DNA of 46,951 bases from a virus (taxonomy: Duplodnaviria > Caudoviricetes): positions 1-46,951 of the IMG/VR virus record IMGVR_UViG_3300025518_000032. The stretch is one strand, 5' to 3'. Shown here in pieces: positions 1-8,200 of this stretch. The translations under genes and the position numbers were made by a program. The notes under the pieces are model-generated. The model was not told where the DNA came from. It made no database searches and saw nothing but the letters and a program-made list of their open reading frames with translations. Each line of letters starts with the position of its first letter. The stretch's first letter is position 1.

Positions 1-780
1 TTAAGCCGATCGCCGGCGCTCCCACGCCCGTCGATAGACTTCTTTGTCGAGGGCCGTAAATTCATTGAGGCGCTTAATCGTTGGCCAGGTCAGGTCGGAC
101 AAATTGATCCGTGCTTCGCTGACGTTCACCTTCGGCGGCGGGCCGGCATGCGCCATGCCGAGATTTTTGACGATGTGCGCCACGTCGGCATCGAATGTCT
201 CAGCGAAGCCGACATAATCAAATTCAAGCAGGTTTGCCACCGCCCGCTCGATAAGATCCTCTTCACTGAAATCCAAGATGGTGGCGCGGCCCGGATCGTT
301 CACATCTCGCGACCAGCCGTGGCACAGCTGCCACGTCTGATGATTCCAAACGGTTTCCTTGAAGCCGACCCGATGCTGGTCTGACCACCCCTCCCCCGCT
401 AACAAAAAATGCTCCACATCAAGTTGCTTGGCCAAAATATACATACCAAATTCCTCTGTCGTTCTGGACCGACAGAAGCTGTATAAGGACAGTAGCCTTT
501 CGACCGGGTCGCGCAAAAACGTAAACGAATACCTGCCTTCCTTCTTATCTTTCATAAAGTCGTGGCCAAAGTGCCCTGAAATAAACTTCAACTCATTAAA
601 TTTGCCCGCATCTACGTCTAAATATTGATTGTGAGATATGACGTTCTCGTTGCCGTAATTCAGGCGCGCCATTTGGATAATGGACGTTCCGGCGGTTTTT
701 TGCGTATGAAGAAACAGCGCCTTTTTAAGGGGTGAACCCGTCTCGATAGGCTCGGTAGTTGCCAGATCCACGTTCTTCAT
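1..780 (-). CDS. Sulfotransferase family (Sulfotransfer_2-like) protein, moron
   Basis: FLHTQKTAGTS (5'-PSB loop) and FTFLRDPVERLLSLY (3'-PB) motifs; visibly more AT-rich than the phage core; start 780 (GGAAGGG-ATG) or 816. Confidence 0.85.
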   Translation of the reverse strand: MKNVDLATTEPIETGSPLKKALFLHTQKTAGTSIIQMARLNYGNENVISHNQYLDVDAGKFNELKFISGHFGHDFMKDKKEGRYSFTFLRDPVERLLSLYSFCRSRTTEEFGMYILAKQLDVEHFLLAGEGWSDQHRVGFKETVWNHQTWQLCHGWSRDVNDPGRATILDFSEEDLIERAVANLLEFDYVGFAETFDADVAHIVKNLGMAHAGPPPKVNVSEARINLSDLTWPTIKRLNEFTALDKEVYRRAWERRRSA

Positions 781-831
781 CCCTTCCATCCGGTCAGAAT
801 GATGAAACGTATCCACGCCTTAGCCATCCAG

Positions 832-856
832 CAAGCCCCGCGCGCGCGGGGGCCTT
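832..856 (-). terminator. GC-rich hairpin after the lysis genes, possible terminator
   Basis: aagccccgcgcgcgcgggggcctt inverted repeat; weak U-tract. Confidence 0.35.
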
Positions 857-903
857 ATGCGGTGCCGCGCCGATCGTGATGAGGGGCGCGCGGTGCGCCG
901 CCG

Positions 904-1176
904 TTATTCCTCGCCTTTATCCGCCTTGCCCCGCCGTTCCTTCGCGATTTGCACCCAGACCAAAATCGTTTTCGACGCGACGAAGATCGCGGCGAGCGGC
1001 GGCCCCATCCAAACCGCCGCGCTGTTGATGCCGTGCAGGTAGTCCGCGAAAACTGGCGCAGCGGCGCCGGCGCCGGCGGCAATCCATGCGAGCTTGTCGG
1101 ACGTGGTTTCAAACATGCTGTCCACGATCATCTTGGAAAGGCTATGGCAGGTCGACGTTGGCATCGTGTAGCTCAT
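904..1176 (-). CDS. Putative holin (about 2 TM segments, charged C-tail)
   Basis: LAWIAAGAGAAAPVF and AVWMGPPLAAIFVASKTILVWVQI followed by KERRGKADKGEE; ATGA overlap with o-spanin. Confidence 0.55.
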   Translation of the reverse strand: MSYTMPTSTCHSLSKMIVDSMFETTSDKLAWIAAGAGAAAPVFADYLHGINSAAVWMGPPLAAIFVASKTILVWVQIAKERRGKADKGEE

Positions 1177-1580
1177 TCCTCGGTTGCAGGGCCGCCGAAC
1201 AGACCGGCGAGCGGGTTGCGGAAGATCGGCGCCGACGCGACGGGCGCGGGCTCTTCCTGCTCTTTGGGCGGCTCGGGGAGGGGTTGGCCGGCGAGTCCGG
1301 CGTCGCGCGCCCGGCGCCAGGTGACGAGCGCCCCATGCCGCGCCTTGCAATCGACCAGGGAGACGCGATCCTTGCCCCAGCGGCGCTCGACAGCCCCGGC
1401 GCTCATCGACTTATCGGCGAGGCGCGCTGGCCCGGCGCAGGGGCGTTCCAAACCGCGCGGGGGTTGCGCGGCGGGCGTCGCCAGTTCAACGGGCTTTTTT
1501 GCGTCGAGCGCCGATTTTGTCGAGGCGCAGGACGCCAGGAGCGTCGAGGCAAGGAGCAGCGTCGCGGGCCTTAGAAGCAT
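1173..1580 (-). CDS. o-spanin (Rz1-like lipoprotein)
   Basis: Lipobox LLASC, Pro-rich, 5' end overlaps the i-spanin in another frame. Confidence 0.75.
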   Translation of the reverse strand: MLLRPATLLLASTLLASCASTKSALDAKKPVELATPAAQPPRGLERPCAGPARLADKSMSAGAVERRWGKDRVSLVDCKARHGALVTWRRARDAGLAGQPLPEPPKEQEEPAPVASAPIFRNPLAGLFGGPATEE

Positions 1581-1968
1581 CTTCGATCTCCTGCTGGAAT
1601 TTTGCGTGTTCTTCCTGCTGCGATTTGAGCGCTATTTCCGCCAACTCGGCTTCGCGGCGCGCCTTGGCGATCTCGTCATTGCGCCTGGCGTGCTCGATCA
1701 GTCCTATGCGCTCGCGCTCGGCCTCCGCCGCCGCCCATGCTTTGCGATCGATTGCCGCGCGGTAGGAGTAGCCCCAATCAAAGAAACCTGCGGCGACCGC
1801 GGCGACGATGAGCGCGCCGGCGAGCTTGCGCCCGGCGACAGGGACATAGACCCACGCGGCGCCCGCCGCGACGACCAGCAGCGCCGCGATCGCGCCGTAG
1901 CGATGGTCGCCGATGAAGTGGAAGACCGATGTAAACGGCGAGAAGACTTTGGTGAACAGCCAGATCAT
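1486..1968 (-). CDS. i-spanin (Rz-like)
   Basis: N-terminal TM helices, coiled-coil, C-terminal Cys; overlaps lipoprotein gene. Confidence 0.7.
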   Translation of the reverse strand: MIWLFTKVFSPFTSVFHFIGDHRYGAIAALLVVAAGAAWVYVPVAGRKLAGALIVAAVAAGFFDWGYSYRAAIDRKAWAAAEAERERIGLIEHARRNDEIAKARREAELAEIALKSQQEEHAKFQQEIEDASKARDAAPCLDAPGVLRLDKIGARRKKAR

Positions 1969-2063
1969 GGCCGCCCCCAGATCAGATATGCGAGCAGGGC
2001 GAGACACACCGCCACGCCCAGACCGGTCCGCAGCAACGGCCGCGGGTCAACGCCTCCGCACAT
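1965..2063 (-). CDS. 32-aa single-TM micro-protein (MCGGVDPRPLLRTGLGVAVCLALLAYLIWGRP)
   Basis: GGAG RBS; ATGA overlap with i-spanin start; not in the ORF track. Confidence 0.6.
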   Translation of the reverse strand: MCGGVDPRPLLRTGLGVAVCLALLAYLIWGRP

Positions 2064-2163
2064 TATCAGTCTCCAATTTTTCAGAACAAAACGTGTTCTT
2101 CTGGTTTCGTTCTCAGCCGCCCAGACGCAGCGAGCTATTCGCGTCGTTCACGCGCTTGTGCCC

Positions 2164-2268
2164 CTACAGCCGCAGAAGCCAGCCGAGTAGCGCGAAGCCC
2201 GCAGACAGGACGGCGAGGATGCAAAAACCCGCCACCATACGTGCTATCGTCTCCGGCTCAGGCGTCAC
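2164..2268 (-). CDS. 34-aa single-TM micro-protein (MTPEPETIARMVAGFCILAVLSAGFALLGWLLRL)
   Basis: GTG start after GGAGG/GAGG at the end of the endolysin; hydrophobic helix. Confidence 0.55.
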   Translation of the reverse strand: MTPEPETIARMVAGFCILAVLSAGFALLGWLLRL

Positions 2269-2273
2269 GCGCC

Positions 2274-3239
2274 TCAACCTCCCAGCCGGAGAGAAGAGTT
2301 GGCGTCGTCGACTCGCGCACGCACGACGTGGTTTGCGCCTTGGTAAGCGCGCCAAATAAACCAGAGGCAGGCCAGCGATAGGACCGCGATCACGATCCAC
2401 GTCCAGTGGGCCTGCGCCCACGCAAGAATTGGAGGCGCGGAATCGGCGGCGTCTTTGATGTTTTTTGCGCTTTCAGCCGCATCCCCTACTTTGGACGCCA
2501 TGTCGCCGGCCTGCGAAAGCGCATCAAGGGGGCTTGGTGCTGGAGCTGGTTCCTGATTGTTGTAAACGGCGGTGCCGACTGCCGTCCCGGCGGAGATTAC
2601 CCCCTTGATGACGCCGCCTTTTACTTGATCCGCTCCCGTAACAATACGCGAGCCGGCCTTGCGCAGCTCGGCTGCCGTAACCTCTTCCTCAGAAGGAGCG
2701 GCTTTCGCCTGCGGAGCAGCGAGGGCGCGCTTGGCGGCTTTGAGGTATGCCTGCCGCGCGGCGAGGCCGTTATAGCCGCCGTTGATCTTCCTGGTGACGT
2801 TGCGCACGTCGTCGGCGTCCGCATCGGCGTTGATCGCGCGCTTGCGCCAGTAGAGAGCCGCAGTAAGCGCCGCATAAGGGAAGCGCGCCGCCGTGTCGGG
2901 ATTGGCGACAAGATCGACGTCGAGCGCCGACCCGAACTCGAAATAGTTGGCCTTGCCGGTGAGCTGAATCAGCCCGCGACCCTTGTAGCGCTTGCCGTCG
3001 CCCGGGCGGTTATTGCCGAGGTCCTTGCGGCCCTCATAGGCGGCGCCGCTGGCATATTCGACCGTCGTGCGGAAGCCGTCGCTCTCGTGCGCAAGCTGCG
3101 CGAGGAATTGCGCCTGGCGGCGCGTCGTGCCGAGCGCGGCGATTTCGATCACGCGCGGCATGGCGGCGGCGAGGCCGGAGATGATTGACGTTTTTCCCTT
3201 TGGCGCGATCTCGCGCAGCACCTTAACCCAATCGGTCAT
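2274..3239 (-). CDS. Endolysin, glycoside hydrolase family 19, with C-terminal membrane segment
   Basis: FLAQLAHESDGF, YKGRGLIQLTGKANY, VTRKINGGYNGL; C-terminal WTWIVIAVLSLACLWFIW. Confidence 0.92.
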   Translation of the reverse strand: MTDWVKVLREIAPKGKTSIISGLAAAMPRVIEIAALGTTRRQAQFLAQLAHESDGFRTTVEYASGAAYEGRKDLGNNRPGDGKRYKGRGLIQLTGKANYFEFGSALDVDLVANPDTAARFPYAALTAALYWRKRAINADADADDVRNVTRKINGGYNGLAARQAYLKAAKRALAAPQAKAAPSEEEVTAAELRKAGSRIVTGADQVKGGVIKGVISAGTAVGTAVYNNQEPAPAPSPLDALSQAGDMASKVGDAAESAKNIKDAADSAPPILAWAQAHWTWIVIAVLSLACLWFIWRAYQGANHVVRARVDDANSSLRLGG

Positions 3240-3442
3240 AGTGATTTCTCTTTCGTAAGCCGCGCGTCATTGTCGAAGCGATCGACGTAGCGGCGCAGGA
3301 TGTGGAGAACGTCGGCGTGGGTCATTTGCATGCGCATGCGTCGCGCCTCGGCGACGATATCGGACAGGCCAAGCCCCTCGCGGTGCCGCGCGATGACGAA
3401 GCAGCCCCAGACGATCTTGGCGTCGGGATCGGCGGGAAGCAT
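3236..3442 (-). CDS. Hypothetical protein, 68 aa
   Basis: Coupled to neighbours by TGATG and ATGA overlaps. Confidence 0.65.
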   Translation of the reverse strand: MLPADPDAKIVWGCFVIARHREGLGLSDIVAEARRMRMQMTHADVLHILRRYVDRFDNDARLTKEKSL

Positions 3443-3522
3443 CAGGTGCGGTTGAATTCGATCCAGCGCTCGACGAAGACGAAGATCATCGCGAGCGCGA
3501 CGACGCAGGAAAGCTCGATCAT
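3442..3522 (-). CDS. 26-aa TM micro-protein (MIELSCVVALAMIFVFVERWIEFNRT)
   Basis: GGAGG RBS; TGATG overlap with next gene. Confidence 0.6.
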   Translation of the reverse strand: MIELSCVVALAMIFVFVERWIEFNRT

Positions 3523-3523
3523 G

Positions 3524-3643
3524 TCAGCCTCCAAAGGATCGATAGATCGCGAGCAAGACGCGGGCGCCGTAAACCGCCGCACAGATCGCGACGGTGGCTT
3601 TCACGAGACGCATGCCGAAGTCGAATTGGTCGGGCGGGAACAT
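3524..3643 (-). CDS. 39-aa TM micro-protein (MFPPDQFDFGMRLVKATVAICAAVYGARVLLAIYRSFGG)
   Basis: GAGGT RBS; TGATG coupling. Confidence 0.6.
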   Translation of the reverse strand: MFPPDQFDFGMRLVKATVAICAAVYGARVLLAIYRSFGG

Positions 3644-3732
3644 CAGCGCGACCTCGCCAGTTGGTAGAGGAACCGGGCGACGGTCAGCACAGCCGCCGCC
3701 CAGAATTTTGCGCGGTAGAGGCGCGCGTGCAT
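3643..3732 (-). CDS. 29-aa amphipathic/basic micro-protein (MHARLYRAKFWAAAVLTVARFLYQLARSR)
   Basis: TGATG overlaps at both ends, exactly filling the gap. Confidence 0.55.
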   Translation of the reverse strand: MHARLYRAKFWAAAVLTVARFLYQLARSR

Positions 3733-3803
3733 CAGATCGCCCAATTGAGCACGAGCGCCGCAATCAGCATCGCGGCGACCGTCCATAGAGCGACGCGAAA
3801 CAT
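3732..3803 (-). CDS. 23-aa TM micro-protein (MFRVALWTVAAMLIAALVLNWAI)
   Basis: GGAGG RBS 5 nt before ATG. Confidence 0.6.
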   Translation of the reverse strand: MFRVALWTVAAMLIAALVLNWAI

Positions 3804-3831
3804 GCGCGCCTCCGGCTCATAGAGCGGCGGA

Positions 3832-4092
3832 TCAGGCGACAGGCTGTCCCGTCGCAGGATCGATCGCAGGCTGTTCGGCAGGCGCCGGAGCGGCGGCGGC
3901 ACGAAAGCTGTCGAACCATTCTTTGCGCTGCGCGACGGCCGCGACGGCATCGGACGGCTGCTGAAACGCGGCGATTTGCGCGTTCAAGGAAGCGATTTCG
4001 GCGTCTTTGGCCGCATTGGCGTTGTGCAACGTCACGAGCATCGGCTGCTGTTCGTCAATAAGAGTGAGCGCAGCCTGTTCGGCTTCGGTCAT
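3832..4092 (-). CDS. Hypothetical coiled-coil protein, 86 aa
   Basis: AAGGA RBS; heptad-like segment. Confidence 0.7.
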   Translation of the reverse strand: MTEAEQAALTLIDEQQPMLVTLHNANAAKDAEIASLNAQIAAFQQPSDAVAAVAQRKEWFDSFRAAAAPAPAEQPAIDPATGQPVA

Positions 4093-4251
4093 TATTGTCA
4101 GTCCTTTTGCGGGGAGGTGCCGGGAGCCGCCCGGCGGCGGATTATGTAAGATTTCGGGTTTTGCAGATCTTCACTGCGCGCCGAATGCGCGGGGCATCTC
4201 AGAGCGCTCCAAATGCCAGAACCATCCGCTGTCGCGGCACCGATCGCGGAT

Positions 4252-5040
4252 TCAGGCGCTAGTGGATCTCGCGCGGTCATAGAGAAAGAACCGCGCTGCA
4301 GTCTTCCCCATCATATTGTAGCCACGCGAGAACATATGCAGGTAATACGCCTCTGGATCCCAATATTCCTGCGGAAAGCCCGCCGTTCGCAAATACATGC
4401 GCTGAGCAGGGTCGGCGGCTACGCAAGCCATCAGATTAGTCTCGAAATAGCCATAAGCGGCAACGCCGGTCTGAGCCTCCCCGCTTATTCCGAACACGAC
4501 GATCGGCGTCGTGCGCGGGAACCATCTCTGCGCCTTGAACCGCATCATGACAGTCTCGAAGTTCGAGACATAATGCTTCCGCAACGGCCCGGCGTCGCTC
4601 TCACCCTGCCACCACAGCATCGCATCGATTCGATCGGCGTCGATGGTCGCCAGTGCTATGGGAAGGTTATTCAGAATGATCTGAAAAACGTCCGGAGATT
4701 CAGCGTCGACCATCCAATGCGAAATTGCTTGGCCACCCCACGATATGTTGATCAGGTGGACCTTCCTGTTCGGAAAGCGCAGAGCGACTTCACGCGCAAA
4801 AGCCCAACTCACGTTCGTCAAGGTTGGATCGAGCGCTGTGAAAGCCGTGCCAACGCCGGCTTCAGTTCGATCCCAATTCCACAGGCTGAGATTGTCCGGC
4901 CAGACCTCGGTCGACGGCAATATTCTGCGCATGTTCGACTGGCCGGTTCCGAAAATCACAATCGGACGGCTGTCTAGACCGGGGGTCCAAACTTGCTCAT
5001 GACCCTCCTTTTTCTGAGCGCGAATTCTTGAACACACCAT
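4252..5040 (-). CDS. Stand-alone SGNH/SASA (sialate O-acetylesterase-like) protein; start uncertain, possible 5' frameshift
   Basis: GQSN, WWQGESD and terminal His (YLHM) motifs; colinear with the tail-fibre esterase domain. Confidence 0.8.
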   Translation of the reverse strand: MVCSRIRAQKKEGHEQVWTPGLDSRPIVIFGTGQSNMRRILPSTEVWPDNLSLWNWDRTEAGVGTAFTALDPTLTNVSWAFAREVALRFPNRKVHLINISWGGQAISHWMVDAESPDVFQIILNNLPIALATIDADRIDAMLWWQGESDAGPLRKHYVSNFETVMMRFKAQRWFPRTTPIVVFGISGEAQTGVAAYGYFETNLMACVAADPAQRMYLRTAGFPQEYWDPEAYYLHMFSRGYNMMGKTAARFFLYDRARSTSA

Positions 5041-5214
5041 GAAAATCAGTAATTTCCCGAACAATTCACAAGCAACCGCGCGGTTGCGCGCTCGCTGCGT
5101 CTATAGTTATCAGGGATCAGGTAACAATATGCCGGCCCAGATGTCCATCCTTCGGGCATTATTGTCTAGGCCGCTCCCATTATGGGCGGTGACGCCGGGA
5201 ATCGCCGGCGGCGA

Positions 5215-8200
5215 TTACTGTGGCAGCTTCGCTTCGAGCGCGGCGACCTTGGCGCTTAGTTCCTGCACGGCCTTGATCAGCGGCGCGATAAATTGGTCGT
5301 AGCGCAGGCCTTGGGTGCTGTCAGGGTTTGACGCATCGTCGAGCACATGGCCCGCGAAGTCGCCGGCGCCGCTGGCCTTGATCGCCTCAGCGACCTCCTG
5401 AGCGATCAACCCGTAATGTGTGCGCTTGCCCGGAGTCTTGACGATCTCCGTTCGCTTAATCGTCCGCGTGCGTTTCACCATGCGCGGGACAGCGATCGTT
5501 CTTTGAACGCGGCGCTCCGGCGTGCCTTCAATGACGAGGTCGCCGTTCTCGTCTCGGACGTCATCCGTCGCTGGTTCGATGTCGTAAACGACCGCGCCGC
5601 TCGCGTCTACAACCGGGACAAGGTCGGCTACTTCGCGCTTGACTTTGCGCTCTTTCTCGAACTCGATGGCGACGCCGTTGTCAACGACGTGATCGGTGTA
5701 TTTTTCGACAATCTCCTCGGTTTCGATTTCCTCGAATTCCTCGGCGTCCTCGACCTCTACCTGCTTGGCCCCGCCCTCAATCCAGCGGTAGGAAACCGGC
5801 CGCAACGCCTTGATGAAATCGAGCCCGAGCGCACTAGGCGCTACGTCCATTTTCATCCGGCCGTCAGAGGTGTTGATCGTTCCTGTAGCTGCGTAAACTG
5901 TGCTCCAACGGAAGGACCCGTTGCCGAGCGTAAAGGCGTTGTCAGCGCCGGGCAGCACGGCGCTCGCCGAGAACGCGCAGACCTTTGTTCCGTCGCCAAC
6001 AGTAGATCGGCTGATGTAGATGGCAAGACTGCTTGCGTCGAATCCGAATGTCCCGGTCCCGAGACCGGCGGCGCTCACCATGAGCATCGCGCCTGTCGAC
6101 GACGAGGCGTTAGAGTTCCGCAGCCCGCCCACAATACCGCGGGCTGGGTTGCTGTCTTCAACGTAATGGCGCGTCAATGGAGACGCTGTATTGACGCCGT
6201 GGAGGCCGACGCTAGAGATAAAATATTGCAAAGTCCCGTCGGCGAGCGCCGTGCGGTTCTGGTAGATCCCGAAAGACGTGGCGCCGGGAATTTGTCCAAG
6301 AGCCCATGCGCCGCCGATGGACGCGCCGAAGCCTATCATAGAGCCGTTGGCTGCGCCGGCGGCGTCGTTATAGAACCGCGCGATGATGCCGCGCGCGGGG
6401 TCGGGCGTCGACCGCCACGGGTTGAAATCGAATGAATACGACTGCTGGCGCGTGCCATTGAAAGTCCACGCGCCTAAATCGGTATCATAGACCGCGCCGG
6501 GGAACGCGCCGCGTCCTGCTTTGCCGCGCCAGATGTTGAACGCCTGCTGCCCTGCGAGCATGTAGCCGGTGGCGAGCATGTGGATATAGCCTACGCCGCT
6601 ATCCCAATAGGACTGAGGGAACGCCGCCGGATACGTAAACTTGCGACGGTCCGGGTCGAGCGCGACACACTTTTGCAGAAACCAGTTGACCAGACCAAAC
6701 GCTGTGTTGCCTGTGACAGCATTCGACGTGATGCCAGAAATCATCATCGGCGTCTGCGGATCAAACCACGATTCACCGATCAACTGCGTATGAAACGTCG
6801 TAAAGTCTTCGACATAGCGGCGCGGATCGCGCGCGTTGCTTTCTCCCTGCCACCAATAGAACTGATCGATTTTCGTCACGCCCGCAGCGGCGAGCGCCGG
6901 GGTTATATTATTCGTCAGGATAGCCCAAATATCTGGCTCGCCAAGCACGAGCACGGAGTCTCCGTTCGTGAACGTCCCCGAGCCGGAAACATAGGTGACG
7001 CCAACGGTGATTTTGTCGCCGGGATCGTCCCAAACGGCCGCCAGCGATACGGTGTATGTCGCCGTCGCGCCGCTGGTCTGGTCGACCAGATAAATCTTCT
7101 GTCCAAGCAGCGTCTCGGTGAGGATGCCGCCCTTATCGATCGCGTTCTTGTCGAGCTGGTGAATGACGAGCTGCGTCGCAAGATTTGGCGCAGCGTTGAG
7201 CTTGAAATAGCCGCTTGCTGGCGACGACCCTGACGTGTCGCTTGAAAACAGATAGCTTGCGCCGTGAATGAAATGCTCGATCGGCATGCCGCCAACGGCG
7301 ATTTTGACGACTCTCACATCGAGATGCGGATGCTGCTTGGCAATTTCATTGGCAAACGACCAGACGACATTCGCTTTTGTCCCGTCGAGCGCGGCGAACG
7401 CCGTTCCTATCCCTGAATACGTCCCGTCCCAATTCCAAACTTTCAGGTTCGGTTCCGGCGTCCAGCTATACGCCGGCTCCTGGACGATGTTGGACTGCCC
7501 CATCGCCAGAATGACGAACGGCCGCCGGCGGTTGCCGGGCAGCTTATCGAAAGCGATCTCCTGATGCTCGGCGGCGTCCGTGTTGTAGGCGGCGAGAGAG
7601 AATTTCGTCGGGTCAAGCGCGCTCGTATTGTTCGTCAGCGCCGGGACATCCATCGCGACAGTGACATCCTGTCCGACCTGATCAATGAGGATTCCCTCAC
7701 CGCTCAGATAGTTCGGCGTGACGTTGTCATTGGCGAGCTTTTCCCATGCAGTCCCGTTGAACTTGATGCGGTCCCGCACGGCCCAGGAATTGATGCCATT
7801 GATCGACGTCGTGCCCGCAACCGAGACATCGTAGTAATCGCCCGTGGTCCCGACGCTGGAGACGAGCGTCGGCGTGTTGGTCGTCGCGTTCCATGTGCCG
7901 CGATAATTCGAGGAAGACGCCAACGAAAGATCGGTGACGTCGGTGATGGCGATTTCTTCAACGTCGGTCGTGTTCCCTGTGCCGAATGTGCGCACATAGG
8001 GGCGGGCAAATTTTGCCCCACTCGGGGCTGCAGAGAGATCGAAAGCAAACGAGCGAATCCCGTTCGCGACCGTCGCCGCACCGTCATTGTTGAGGACTTC
8101 GAGAGAGATCATCGCATACGACGCGTCGAGCCACGCGACGCCAGTTTGCACAGCATCGCTGAGTGGGTCTGAAGGATCAACGATCCGTCGATATGCGGCG

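Noticed and set aside
4098-4280. 60-aa ORF after the solo esterase
   Set aside because: No SD or recognisable motif; overlaps the esterase end
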